From Eledone cirrhosa (lineage: Eukaryota): a DNA stretch of 64,000 nucleotides. This document shows, piece by piece, positions 25,241 to 38,099 of this stretch. Position 1 is the first letter of the stretch, and the number at the start of each line of letters is the position of its first letter. The stretch covers positions 300,514,001-300,578,000 of the forward strand of contig OZ024740.1 of the NCBI GenBank assembly GCA_964016885.1, read 5' to 3'. Position numbers and translations under genes: made by a program. The notes beneath the pieces are model-generated. The model saw nothing but the letters and a program-made list of their open reading frames with translations, ran no database searches and was not told the origin of the DNA.

Positions 25241-25283
<43 letters not shown>

Positions 25284-25408
25284 TGCATATATAGTGTATT
25301 TTGCAATACACCATATGCTTAATTAAAAGCATTTCGAAGACCTTACGCTATTATTTTAGAGTAGTGACAATCTCACTTATTTTAATTTTCAGCAAACAGG
25401 GGAGATAA

Positions 25409-25453
25409 AGTTGACGGAGTTCTGTTTCGCACTTTTTGGTGCTTATCAAAGCT
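25409..25453 (-). ncRNA. Minimal type I hammerhead, U3-A8 (family C, monomer 1)
   Basis: AGCU UUGAUAA GCAC CAAAAA GUGC GAAA CAGAACUCCG UC AACU. Confidence 0.72.
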
Positions 25454-25727
25454 AAGTACTCCGCCTGTTTGCTGAAAATCATGAATGTTTGATTCTTATA
25501 GATTTCTAGTAATAATCAGGAATTGATTATACAGAGCGGTTGCCGGTCAAGCAGAAATTGAAAATGAGAATTGGTGCTCTGAAATAGCGATATATATATG
25601 AATGTATATATAGTGTATTTTGCAATACACTGTATGCTTAATTAAAAGCATTTCGAATACCTTACGCTATTGTTTAAGAGTAGTGACAGTCTCACTTACT
25701 TTAATTTTCAGCAAGCCGGAGAGATAA

Positions 25728-25772
25728 AGCAGACAGATCTCTGTTTCGCACTTGTTGGTGCTTATCAAATCT
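25728..25772 (-). ncRNA. Minimal type I hammerhead, U3-A8 (family C, monomer 2)
   Basis: AGAU UUGAUAA GCAC CAACAA GUGC GAAA CAGAGAUCUG UC UGCU. Confidence 0.72.
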
Positions 25773-26068
25773 AAGAACTCGGCCTGTTTGCTGAACATCA
25801 TGCATGTTTGATTCTTATAGAATTCTAGTAATAGTCAGGAACTGATTATACAGAGCTGTTGCCGGGCATGCAGAAATTCAAAATTAGAATTGTTGCTTTG
25901 AAATAGCGATATATATATGAATGTATATATAGTGTATTTTGCAAAACACTGTATGCTTAATTAAAAGCATTTCGAATACCTTACGCTCCCTATAATCAGT
26001 TCCTGATTATTACTAGAATTCTATAAGAATCAAACATTCATGATGTTCAGCAAACAGGCGGAGTTCTT

Positions 26069-26113
26069 ACCTTCGATAAGCACCAAAACGTGCGAAACAG
26101 AGCTCTGTCAGCT
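26069..26113 (+). ncRNA. Minimal type I hammerhead (family C, inverted monomer)
   Basis: ACCU UCGAUAA GCAC CAAAAC GUGC GAAA CAGAGCUCUG UC AGCU. Fully palindromic stem III. Confidence 0.68.
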
Positions 26114-26290
26114 TTATCTCCCCTGTTTGCTGAAAATTAAAGTAAGTGAGACTGTCACTACTCAAAACAATTGCGTAAGGTCTTCGAAATACTTTTAATT
26201 AAGCATACAGTGTATTGCAAAATACACTGTATATATATTCATATATATATATCGCTATTTCAGAGCACCAATTCTAATCTTATATATATG

Positions 26291-26343
<53 letters not shown>

Positions 26344-26651
26344 GTGTGTGTGTGTGTGTGCGCGAGCGCGTGTGTGTCAGAAAGAGTATGGTAAATACCA
26401 GGTGGACCATAACCCACCAGACTACTCGATACTTGGGGTAGTAATACATGTATGTCTGTGTGGGTTGTGGAGGTGTATGCGTGAGCGTGTTTGTCGGTGT
26501 AAAATGTTGCCTTTGTTAGAAAGCATTAGTAAATTTCATTCATTAAGAGCGACAGTGGAACATACACAAATACAATATATAGATCTATGGAAAATCATGT
26601 CGCTTTACATTAATATTTCACGTCTGAATGAGGTCAGTTTTGCCGTTCATT

Positions 26652-26713
26652 TTTCCATAATTGAAATAGAATTTATGTGCTTTTGCACATAAATTCTATT
26701 TCAATTATGGAAA
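26652..26713. repeat. Perfect 29-bp hairpin with TTTT loop
   Basis: TTTCCATAATTGAAATAGAATTTATGTGC TTTT GCACATAAATTCTATTTCAATTATGGAAA. Confidence 0.9.
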
Positions 26714-27788
26714 TTTAGGCCTCCACAAACTATGATGTTTTCAGAATCAATAATACACCTAAATACTGACACATCAAACACACATGGAAATGCATATCTG
26801 CAGATATAATATGTAGTTATAAAAAGAGAATAAGTAAAACGTTAGAGAAACTCAGTGTGTGAAAGTAAAATACAAATATATAATAGATTTCTAGAAGATT
26901 TGTGAAGAGGGAGAGGATTATCAGAATAATATATAGAGTAGGAGCGGAAAAAGAGTCTTTAAGAGAGAATGAGAGAAAGCGGGGATGAAAGGGTAACTGA
27001 GGACGTAATACACGCATATATGGTAACAAATAATTCTTTCTGCTTTTGGCACAAAAGGCGATTAGTGCTATTGTTTGAAGTGTTAAATTTCACTGAGAAT
27101 GCGCGAAATATTCTTACATGCGCACTTTCAGTTGTAAATGATAGTAATATTAGTAATATTTAATCAACTCTTAGTGTGTGTGGAAACTTCAGAAACGAAT
27201 CAGAATACAGGTGCTATGGAAATATATATGATGAAATAATAAACATATCAAGATAGAGAATTCTCAATACTCGTGTTTATATATGATTCAATTGGTTATT
27301 CATTGCATATTTTGTGAAGCAAAAAGGGTCGTAGAATATCAGAGAATTTAAAACGATCGGTTAAATACTGTATACTTTTTCACATTTCACTTTCATCAGC
27401 AGTTCGTGATCGTCTCAACTTACTATGCTGTGGGATTCCTAACTTGCTAAAAATTTCTTTCGTCGTTTGATACTTTTTCCTTTCATTCTCAATTACGTTT
27501 TTTTTTCTTTTTTTTTTGTTTAATAGTGTTTTGCTTTTCTAACTTAAAATACCCTGAATTTGCATTTCATTTATGAGTGTTTCTACAAGAAAATAATAAT
27601 AACCATGAGCCCACAGTTCGCTATTGAAATGTTACAATATGTATGCATTGCTACTTTTCAGAATTATGTACATGTGTATTAAAGTCTGTAGGGAAATTCG
27701 AGAAAGCATCGCACTAGATACACCAACAATTTTGGTTTTCACGGATGACTTTCAATAAACTCCAATGCAGACATCATTTCAAATTACG

Positions 27789-27875
<87 letters not shown>

Positions 27876-27881
<6 letters not shown>

Positions 27882-28470
27882 TAACTGAACAAAAAAGAAA
27901 AACTAACACAGACATATATATATATATGTTCAAATCGTTAATGGACCAGATTCAGCTCCGTTAATTCGTCGAGCTAATTCAAATATCGAGTAAACCCGGC
28001 TGTTATTTTTAGTGGCGTGAGTCTGCGAGACACGCTAAGTTCTGCAACCATGTGCGTTACATATAACACACACTATCCAGTTTTTTTATTATATTTAGAA
28101 GTGACCAGGATACTAATAATTCTTCACCCCTGATGATCTAGGATTTTGGTATTCCTCTTCACAAATAATATTGCGAAACAGTATTATCAAAACTGTCCGG
28201 GTGATCGGTAGTTACCACAATTCTGGTTTATATTTATTTTTCTTGATTTATTCTTAAATTGAGTCTAGCAAAACCTATTGTCTGTAGTTAGTATTCTTTT
28301 CACCTTAGCGAATCTGGTCCATTACGATTCGAACACATATATGTATATGTCTGTGTTCGTTTTTCTTTTTTGTTCAGTTATACTATACGGGTCGGAAAAA
28401 CCTGTTTCCTAGAGCTAATTTACTATAATGAGACTAACTATTTTGAGTTTCTAACCCAATACATGCCTTT

Positions 28471-28472
<2 letters not shown>
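27876..28472 (+). mobile_element. (TA)n-flanked PLE-like insert with ~75-bp inverted 5' piece (family P)
   Basis: 27876-27953 is the reverse complement of approx. 28310-28388. Central hammerhead candidate. Confidence 0.65.
28124..28204 (+). ncRNA. Type I hammerhead candidate, canonical core (family P)
   Basis: UCACCC CUGAUGA ...38 nt... GAAA CAGU AUUAUCAAA ACUG UC C GGGUGA. Stem II closure imperfect, one extra C after the cleavage site. Confidence 0.6.
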
Positions 28473-28527
<55 letters not shown>

Positions 28528-28641
28528 CACTTTGACTTATTAAAATAATATAAACAACTCACTATCCGGATGGCTTCCAAAAATAATGGTTGCATTTTAA
28601 TACGGTACGTCAAAGCTTATTTGTAAAACTGTTATATATTG

Positions 28642-28706
28642 TATTTTGTCTGATGAAGGCATACCATAATTGAATTTGGTATCCCTGAAATATGTATAAT
28701 GATATA
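28642..28706 (+). ncRNA. Type I hammerhead, canonical core, AUA triplet (family D)
   Basis: UAUUUUGU CUGAUGA AGG C AUACCA...UGGUAU C CCU GAAA UAUGUA UA AUGAUAUA. Confidence 0.68.
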
Positions 28707-28860
28707 AATATGGTTTTATAAATATAGTTTCCATTTATTAATATCGTATATCTACTCCAAATACTTGTCGAGTGCTTTATATCAGCTATAAAAATATTTA
28801 CTTGTTGTATCCCAACAATTTTAAATAGAACTTTTGCGTATATATATATATATATATATA

Positions 28861-29140
28861 CATCCCAAAAGTCAGCTCAAAAGTGACACAGAGGAGACTG
28901 AGGGTAGCTGGACATGCTCACCGACATCCAGAGTTGACATTGCACTCAGTACTCCTTTGGGAGCCCCTACATTGACACACTAGAAGGGGAAGACCAAGGT
29001 TAACGTATGTTGATGCCCTAAGGTCAGACACTGGGATGTTGGAGACGCAGGACATGGCAGCGATAATGAGGGACAGAGACTGCGGGAGAGAACTCGTCCA
29101 TGGATCTCTGGAATTTTACCCGCATAGATAGATAGATAGA
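28861..29140 (+). mobile_element. 3' end of an RTE/RTEX-type LINE with (TAGA)n tail
   Basis: Translates IPKVSSKVTQRRLRVAGHAHRHPELTLHSVLLWEP...RRGRPRLTYVDALRSDTG...MRDRD. Confidence 0.8.
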
Positions 29141-29163
29141 TATATATGCATGTATATATGTAT

Positions 29164-29248
<85 letters not shown>

Positions 29249-30640
29249 GAGAGAGAGAGAGAGAGAGAGAGTGAGAGAGGAAGAAAAATATGAGGTGTAT
29301 ATAGATAGAGTGAGCGAGAGAATGATATAAATAGTGCGTGGGTGATTGAGTGAATTTTACTGGATACCTTTATAGAAATCTTGTAGCTGGCATAGGGAGT
29401 TCATGAAAAGATGCTTCCGCCTTTGGAGGGGGATATAAAATAATACACTTTTGGGGAATTATATTCTATGTTAGAGCTTAAAACATGAAAACACATAAGT
29501 AAAATCTTGCACGTAATATAATCAGATATCATAAACAATACACTATCTAATCAGGACTCTACCTAAATCCACCAACTGATTCTATAAAATCATACATGGA
29601 GACAGACACCAGGCATAAGCGCATGTACACACACTTGCACTCCCTGGGCCAGATACACACTCTCAGCATTACACAACACTATAGAAATACACTTACTTTT
29701 TTCCCCAACACTCGCAGCCATTCACATACCAATCAAATCCAAGCTACACATGCAGTACTAAAGTATGCTAACACAGCGTCAAATAGGACGCTATAACGAC
29801 ACTAATCCAACTGCTACACATAAAATGACTCTTATCCTTGAACCCTAGAGCAAAAGTAACACTCACCCAAAGCACGCTGCCCCACCCCTATAAACAGACA
29901 CACACTGTAATCGTAGGCCGACTAAATTGCACAACAAAGAAATAAAAAATACACACACACAAGCACACAAATAAACATCATATCTCTACTTTCTCTATTT
30001 CAATAGAAACTCTGAATTCTAACACCCCAGCGCACCAACCATATTCACTGAACTAGAACAATTCTCCCCATCCCATTTCTCTTGACCATTCTGTAAAAGG
30101 CTACAAAATAAATTCCCAAATACGGGCGTGAATTTAATGAACTTGCTCACGTGACAGTCATAATTTCATTTATAACCAATCAAATTAGATTTCAACACAT
30201 CAATCATACTCAGAACAACTCTCTCCAACCCCTTCTTTCTTGACCATCAGCAGAAAATTCTCGAAATGGCTATAAAAAAATTCCAAAATACGGGCGCGAA
30301 TTAATGTACTTGTTCACGTGTCAGTCATAATTTCATTTATAACCAATCAAATTACATTTATAAAAAAAAAGCCTTACTGAGCCACTTTTCTTTAAGTAAA
30401 AAGAAATTCAAACACAAACTGCTGCGAAAGCTTATTCACGTGACAGCATCAACCAACCAAACTTCACTAATATATGAAAAAACAACCTGAGGCCTCGCTA
30501 TGTTTGAAGAACTGTGTAACGCGAACTGGCGCAAAATTTATTATACTTATTCACCAACCAATCAAACTACGTCTCTAAAAACCTGGCAATTAGAGCCACA
30601 TTTTTTCCATATAAAACTAGTAACATTCAAAGACTAAACA

Positions 30641-30790
30641 GATGTGAGAAAAACCACAGACCCTCCATCTCAACTCTAATTTTGAAAAGCAGAGGAACTG
30701 CGAAATCGGTAAAGGAAACAAATAAATATTTATATTTAAAAAAAAAAAGACTCCAGTTGCATTTTCGATTTCATATGTTTTCCTTATATA
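30641..30790 (+). mobile_element. Single arm of family B with decayed hammerhead (30678-30715)
   Basis: GATGTGAGAAAAACCACAGACCCTCCATCTCAACTC...TTGAAAAGCAGAGGAACTGCGAAATCGGTAAAGG. Confidence 0.8.
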
Positions 30791-30807
30791 TATATATGTC
30801 TACTCTA

Positions 30808-30924
<117 letters not shown>

Positions 30925-31150
30925 GGAGAGAAGTTTATGAAACGGAAATGCGGGTATAAAGAATTTATTAGGTAACAATTGTTTCTATAGTGTATGGGTT
31001 ACCTCTACCTCGCTATTTGAATAATATAAAAATATTATCATAAACCGAAGGTACACTGCAAGCAAACACACCATGTCGTCATACTTTGTATTGGAATCAT
31101 ATATATATATATATATATATATAGATATATATGTATATATATATCTATAT

Positions 31151-31286
<136 letters not shown>

Positions 31287-31663
31287 TTCTGTGTATGCGT
31301 ATGTGTATATAAGCCTGGAATACTACCCTGTTTTTCGTGTTCGCTAAATCTTAGAAATTATCACCGTATTGAAAGTCGTCAATGTATATTAAAACAAGAT
31401 CACGAGTTACCAATGTAAGAAAAATATATGTACACAGGTGTAATCTTACACATACAATTTATTTTAGCATATAAACACCTAGGTTTTTCATATGCAACAA
31501 ACAAGAGATGCTATACCTGTTATTGCGTGTCACACTTCATCTTCGTTCGTTTCATGTACGAATATCCTGTTTGATGTTCGTGACGTTTCACAAAATTAAT
31601 TCAATTACAAAAATATCTATTCAACTAGACAAACACACACACACACATATACACACACACACG

Positions 31664-31711
<48 letters not shown>

Positions 31712-31717
31712 TATATG

Positions 31718-31752
<35 letters not shown>

Positions 31753-32113
31753 ATACTTAATTACTTATATATTTGCAAAGTGTACATACTGATTCAGGTA
31801 TTTATTATGAAGATGTGTATTATCTTGTGATGTGTTTCTGAAGTTAAATGTTTTCAAAGTCTTCATATAAACGAAAGTACTTCCCGTTGTATTCATTGTT
31901 TAGTTCATCGTACATTCGCTATCAAAGGAATTTTACAATGGCGTCTTTTTGTAGCTTCCCACAGGAAAGTAGTTCCACAAATATATAGCAATCATTTTGA
32001 GTTACCATCTTATACGAACATGTAAATACTCTTAGATGCACTCACACACATTAAAACGCACGTATACAAACACACATAGACATACATACACACACGCACA
32101 CACATATATATAT

Positions 32114-32183
<70 letters not shown>

Positions 32184-32226
32184 AAACGAAAAATCAGTGA
32201 GAAAATTTGATCCGAAGTCATTAGAA

Positions 32227-32318
32227 GTGTCCGATGAACCTGCAGATCCCAAATCAGACAGATCCACACAATGATCGTGTCTCGAGCTGTCTGCGGGCGG
32301 GCGAAACAATTGTAACAC
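32227..32318 (+). ncRNA. Type I hammerhead, C4 core variant, long stem II (family G)
   Basis: GUGU CCGAUGA A CCUGC...GCGGG C GAAA CAAUUG UA ACAC. Confidence 0.7.
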
Positions 32319-32450
32319 ACAATACATTGAGTTCAGATGCATCACTGCTTTTTCGTATTATATTATATCACACTCTGCTCTGTAAGAACATAGAGTGCTC
32401 AACTGGCATGCCACCTATGGAAGCATCTTAGCTACCACATATATATATAT

Positions 32451-32497
<47 letters not shown>

Positions 32498-32701
32498 TAT
32501 GTACACGTACATACATATATGTATACAGACGTACAGTAGTATGTATATATATATATACATACATGCACACATATATATATGCACGTATGGATTCACCGAA
32601 CATTTATTATAATGCTCGGTGTGTTTGTTTAACAAACATCCCGTATAAAGCCGTAGTGTCTAGCAACCACCGTTGCTCGTTTGTTCAACACTGACAAAGG
32701 A

Positions 32702-32744
32702 ACGCTGTACTAGTTTCAAGCTTGTTAGCTATCGTCAGCAACGT
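32702..32744 (-). ncRNA. Minimal type I hammerhead, canonical core (family K)
   Basis: ACGUUG CUGACGA U AGCU AACA AGCU U GAAA CUAG UA CAGCGU. 6-bp stem I, palindromic ACUAGU. Confidence 0.82.
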
Positions 32745-33149
32745 ATACCTTCCTGCAGATTGTTGAACGTATATACTTACCTTATGCATATTAACGGCTG
32801 AGTAGCCCAATTTGCATATCGAGTGGGTTAATAGGCCGGGTGCACCGAAAACGATAAACGGAAAAAATGAAACGATATTTCATCTCCCACTCTTAGTACG
32901 GCTGTTACTTAAATATAAGTATGTACACGTACATACATATATGTATACAGACGTACAGTAGTATGTATATATATATATACATGCACACATATATATATGC
33001 ACGTATGGATTCACAGAACATTTATTATAATGCTCAGTGTGTTTGACACAAACGCATGACTCAAACTCCGGTAACACACGCACACACGCACTTACGCATA
33101 GAACTACAAAGCATACGGCAAATAGAAATACAACATCGAAATCAAACAC

Positions 33150-33954
33150 GTCACGCAGTAGAAAATATATTTGGTATAACCCCATATTTAACACCTCTAT
33201 TAGTACTAACCTACCCTCTACCTTCTTTAGAATAATAAATAAGCACTTTCCAGATTAACATAGATACAGCAAAATCCTTAACACTAAATCTATTAAACTA
33301 TCTTACTCCACGGCACCAAATATAGAGGCACACATTAAGATGCTTAACGCTAAAGAGATACATAACAACACCAAAACACAAATTTACAACAAAAACAATA
33401 CAATCACCACCGAACACAACAGAATATCTAATACGCAACCACCCGCTAATAGGCAAACAAAACGTAACACACTTGTACAGGCATCGCAGCCCACCAATAA
33501 TGCCAAAGTTGCCCATGACAAGAATTGTAACTGCCACCTACCTGAAAGCTGTCCATTACATAATGAATGTATGCAGTCTAACCTGGTTTACCAATGCACA
33601 GTGGAATCAGACAACCAGAAATAGTATTAAATCGGAGCGATTGGGAATACATTTAAAGCCCGTTGGTATACACACCGTTACGCAATGAAACATTCCCAGC
33701 ATCGTTATGTAACTACCCTTGCAAACAAGACCTGGCAACTGAGGGAAAGTAACCATCAATACACCCTGAAGTGGAAACAATTATCGAACGCGCCCTCATA
33801 TCGGAGTGGTATAAGAAGCTGTCGATTATGCGATCTTGAGCTGTTCCATATCTTGAGTTCGAAGAATAAGTTACTCAACAATAAAATCGAAAGATCAATT
33901 TATCGTAACCATAGACTCAAAGAGAAGTTTTCGCACTATAAATCGAACCCTTAA
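33150..33954 (+). pseudogene. PLE (Neptune-like) RT thumb/linker plus GIY-YIG endonuclease remnant; 3'UTR extends to approx. 34855
   Basis: RKYIWYNPIFNTSISTNLPSTFFRIINKHFP, IKLSYSTAPNI, NCNCHLPESCPLHNEC, NLVYQCTV, TTLANKTWQL, CRLCDLE, LLNNKIE. In-frame stops. Confidence 0.9.
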
Positions 33955-34185
33955 CCTCTTACTACCAACTGACAAACTGCATATACTTAGACTTTATACC
34001 CTCTTGTTGTATCTAAACCCTTTTAATTACCCACAAAACCAATACATATATCCTCCTGTTCTCCCTCATTCCTCTTCCATTTCTTCGTTTTCTTCCTGCC
34101 TTCCCTCCCCTTCTTGGTTATCTTTTCTTTTCTTCTTCCTCACCCCCTTCTTTGCTTTTATTGTTGTCATTATTATCTTTATCTT

Positions 34186-34245
<60 letters not shown>

Positions 34246-34572
34246 AAGATATATATATATATATATCTTTATATATCTCTCTCTGCCTCTCTATCCATCC
34301 TTCCCACTATGATCAATTTAATTCTCTTTAACTCACTACATTCCACGACATGAAGTCTCCTATCAAAACTGACCAAGGGATCCTTCCACCTCTACCCCTC
34401 CCTCCATCTCAGTTTGTCACTCTACTTTCTACCTCTTCCCCCTCCTCTCTCTCTATATTATTCTGTTTATCTCCTCACCTTCTGAATCCTCTCTCTCTAT
34501 ACTAATAAATACAATTCCAAATAAATATTTTTCTCTATATATTAAGAATTATTTCAAGAGTAACTTACTCAC

Positions 34573-34674
34573 TATTTTTAAAATTTGGACTGTGAACAAC
34601 AATTATAATTGAGTGGCTGCTATTTGCAGTATAGCAATATAAGATTGTACTTACCAATGAAACGGTCGTAAATA
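34573..34674 (+). ncRNA. Decayed U3-A8 hammerhead in the 3'UTR of the 33150 PLE (family L)
   Basis: UAUU UUUAAAA U UUGG...CCAA U GAAA CGGUCG UA AAUA. G5 replaced by U, so probably inactive. Confidence 0.55.
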
Positions 34675-34857
34675 CCTGGATACAATCCTTCTCATAATGC
34701 TTACCTGTGTTTTCTCTTTTATACTTTATACTCCAAGATTGAACGGAATTCTTACAAACTTGTGGAGTTGCCCCTAACCGTACGTTGAAACCATCCATGA
34801 AACTGGCTTTCTTAACCAAGAACTTGATCACAATAAGTGATTTTTTGCTTCTCTAAC

Positions 34858-34890
<33 letters not shown>

Positions 34891-35229
34891 ACTGTAAAAG
34901 GTAAAGAGAAATAACAACACAATCGGTACAGTATATGGAATATGGAAGGTATATATTAGGTTAACGCTTGATATAGCAGGAAGAGGATATTAATGTTTCG
35001 GACGCTAGTCCTTCATCAGAAGAAAGAATAAGAAATAAAATAGATTAAGGGGACGGGCGGGATGGAATTGGAAAAAACGTATTTAGATAAAAAAAAATAT
35101 ATATATACTTATATATATGAGTGTGTGTATGGACATATGTGCACAGCGAAGCAAGTAGCCGTATGAATGTTTGCATATATGACGATTCTGGTGGCCTTTT
35201 TGGTTGAGGTGGGGATGATCGGAGGAATA

Positions 35230-35928
<699 letters not shown>

Positions 35929-37913
35929 GCATGTGTATGTGCATCCAAGAGAGAGGAGGTGATTGTGTGTGTGTGTGCGCATGAGTCTATTTGTGTGAAT
36001 CTGTCGGGATACACAGAGAAAATTAATTAATAATTATACAATTGCCATGTACTTGCTGTATTTAGAATAATATATTATTGATTAGCTGTGTCATTTTAAT
36101 GGCGCCACGTAAAGACAATTAGAGTTAGTGAATTATTGAAAGAAACGTCAAATAATTCTAGGTGAAGATAGAAATATGGATCTGAAAAAAATGAAAATTA
36201 TGTGTATAAAACATATATTACTATCTTTATTATTTATTCAAACATTCGGTGATTTGAAATAATTTCAATTTCAGGTTATATATTTATTCATAAGCAAGGG
36301 ATTGATTACAGAATGTTGTTCCAACAAATAAATATGCTCTTTTAAGGAAGGGGGAAATATAACCAAGTAAATTATTTGAGTTAATTTAAATTCTAGAACA
36401 TTATATGTGACAAACGCTGTTTCTATTCGTATGGTATTGTGTACACAAATAATTATCCTACAATTATACAAGTTTTATAGACATGGTTTGATTAGCTGCT
36501 ATTAATTATTATCAATTAATTTTTCATTATCAATTATGTGTATGGTATTAAGTGCATAGCTTTAAAATACTAAATTTTATGAGAAATAATTTACATTATG
36601 TGAGCGAATCGTATGAGAAATCTTTAATATTGCATAATACAATAAATCGGAACATGCAACATGTCAGCTATGTGCATAGAATCTAAAGAAGCAGGCTGAG
36701 GCAACCTTATGTGTTGGAGGTATGTATGGATACAATGTCATATAAGAATAAAGATAGGAATATTTATTCATAGTGAAGATGCTCAATTAGTCAGATTTAT
36801 ATTGTTCTGAATTATGTTGTGCAGGAGACTGTCAAATTCTAATTATCTGGCTTCGTGAGTCATATTGAGCGTGGTACTATTCTGTGAGTAATGAAGGAAT
36901 ATCGATTTACGTGTGTGTGCTGTGCCTATATCTTTTCCAAGGACAAGTGTTGTAGATGATTGTCATAATGGAACAGCCTGCTGGTGACGGTAACATGAAA
37001 TAGTAACTGAGTGTTTCACAAGCAATTGGTACCGTCAACCGAGTTCCCAAGAATATTCGACGTGACACAAAATCGGACAAGGCTGCTCCTTTGTGGTACA
37101 ACTGGTAAAACTCATCAAAATTGCTTAGTGGACAGGAGCAATGTGAAATATAGTGTCATGCTCAATAACCCATATTACTATTATTTCAACCACACCAAAA
37201 TTCAATAGAAATGTATATGAAGAGATATACGATACATGTAAATATAAAGATACAGGTACCCCACTGTGAATAGTTTAAGTCGTAGTCATGTCACAACTTT
37301 CCCAGTAACTACATGAGAATACGACGTACGTATTTCTAGATTTTTATCTGTCATAATTGTCATTTACTCACTCGATACTGATACAAAAGCAGAATATAGT
37401 TTATATGAATCAATGACTTGAGATGCCCTTTGCCTTGACTGTGAACTTAAATGGCTAGGATTAATTAGCTATAGTACTAACATCTCCTGGTTCATAATAA
37501 ATATGTTTATAAAGGTGTCTAGTATTATCACGTGGCTAGTGAGATAATTGTGATATAATGTTATTCTAATTATTCATAGCAATTCTCTTCTATATTTATT
37601 GCATGAAAACTAAAATGCATTGTATATTGTATATGACTTGCGACGCATTTCTGATGGAAGGATTGTTTTTGGCTTTGGCGGGAGAATGTAATTTATTAAT
37701 GGTAATATATTTTGTTCTACTACGGATAAGTGATATTAATTTTGTTATATGATCTCTTCCCCCCATTTCTTGGATGCTGTTCCATTGAGTTCTATTCTAA
37801 ACGATACTCATATGTGTCGGCATACTAATATTTTGTACAATATTGAATGCTCGCTCCAGGTGGTACCTCGTCATAACTGAAATTTTATCTAATATATAAT
37901 TAATTACATACAC

Positions 37914-38001
<88 letters not shown>

Positions 38002-38037
38002 ATATAATATAATATAATGTAATATAATATAATATAT

Positions 38038-38099
<62 letters not shown>

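Larger units (their letters stand above)
22401..25243 (-). mobile_element. Penelope-like element (Neptune-like, family A), 5'-truncated, with ~950-bp inverted pLTR/3'UTR duplication
   Basis: Arms 22401-23343 and 24197-25161 are near-identical reverse complements. GIY-YIG ORF between them. A hammerhead near the outer end of each arm. (TA)n on both flanks. Confidence 0.92.
25281..26279. mobile_element. Retrozyme-like array: 2.2 tandem 319-bp monomers plus an inverted partial monomer (family C)
   Basis: GAATG(C/T)ATATATAGTGTATTTTGC starts at 25281, 25600 and 25919 (period 319). 25991-26279 is an inverted copy. One hammerhead in each full monomer and in the inverted copy. Confidence 0.85.

Noticed and set aside
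25281-26279. Possible CRISPR array or simple satellite
   Set aside because: Units are 319 bp with no unique spacers, in a eukaryotic context. Better explained as a ribozyme-bearing tandem element.
36900-37120. Faint similarity to a Tc1/mariner transposase C-terminus on the minus strand
   Set aside because: Only one loose motif (PILCHVEYSWELG), with stops and no TIRs found.
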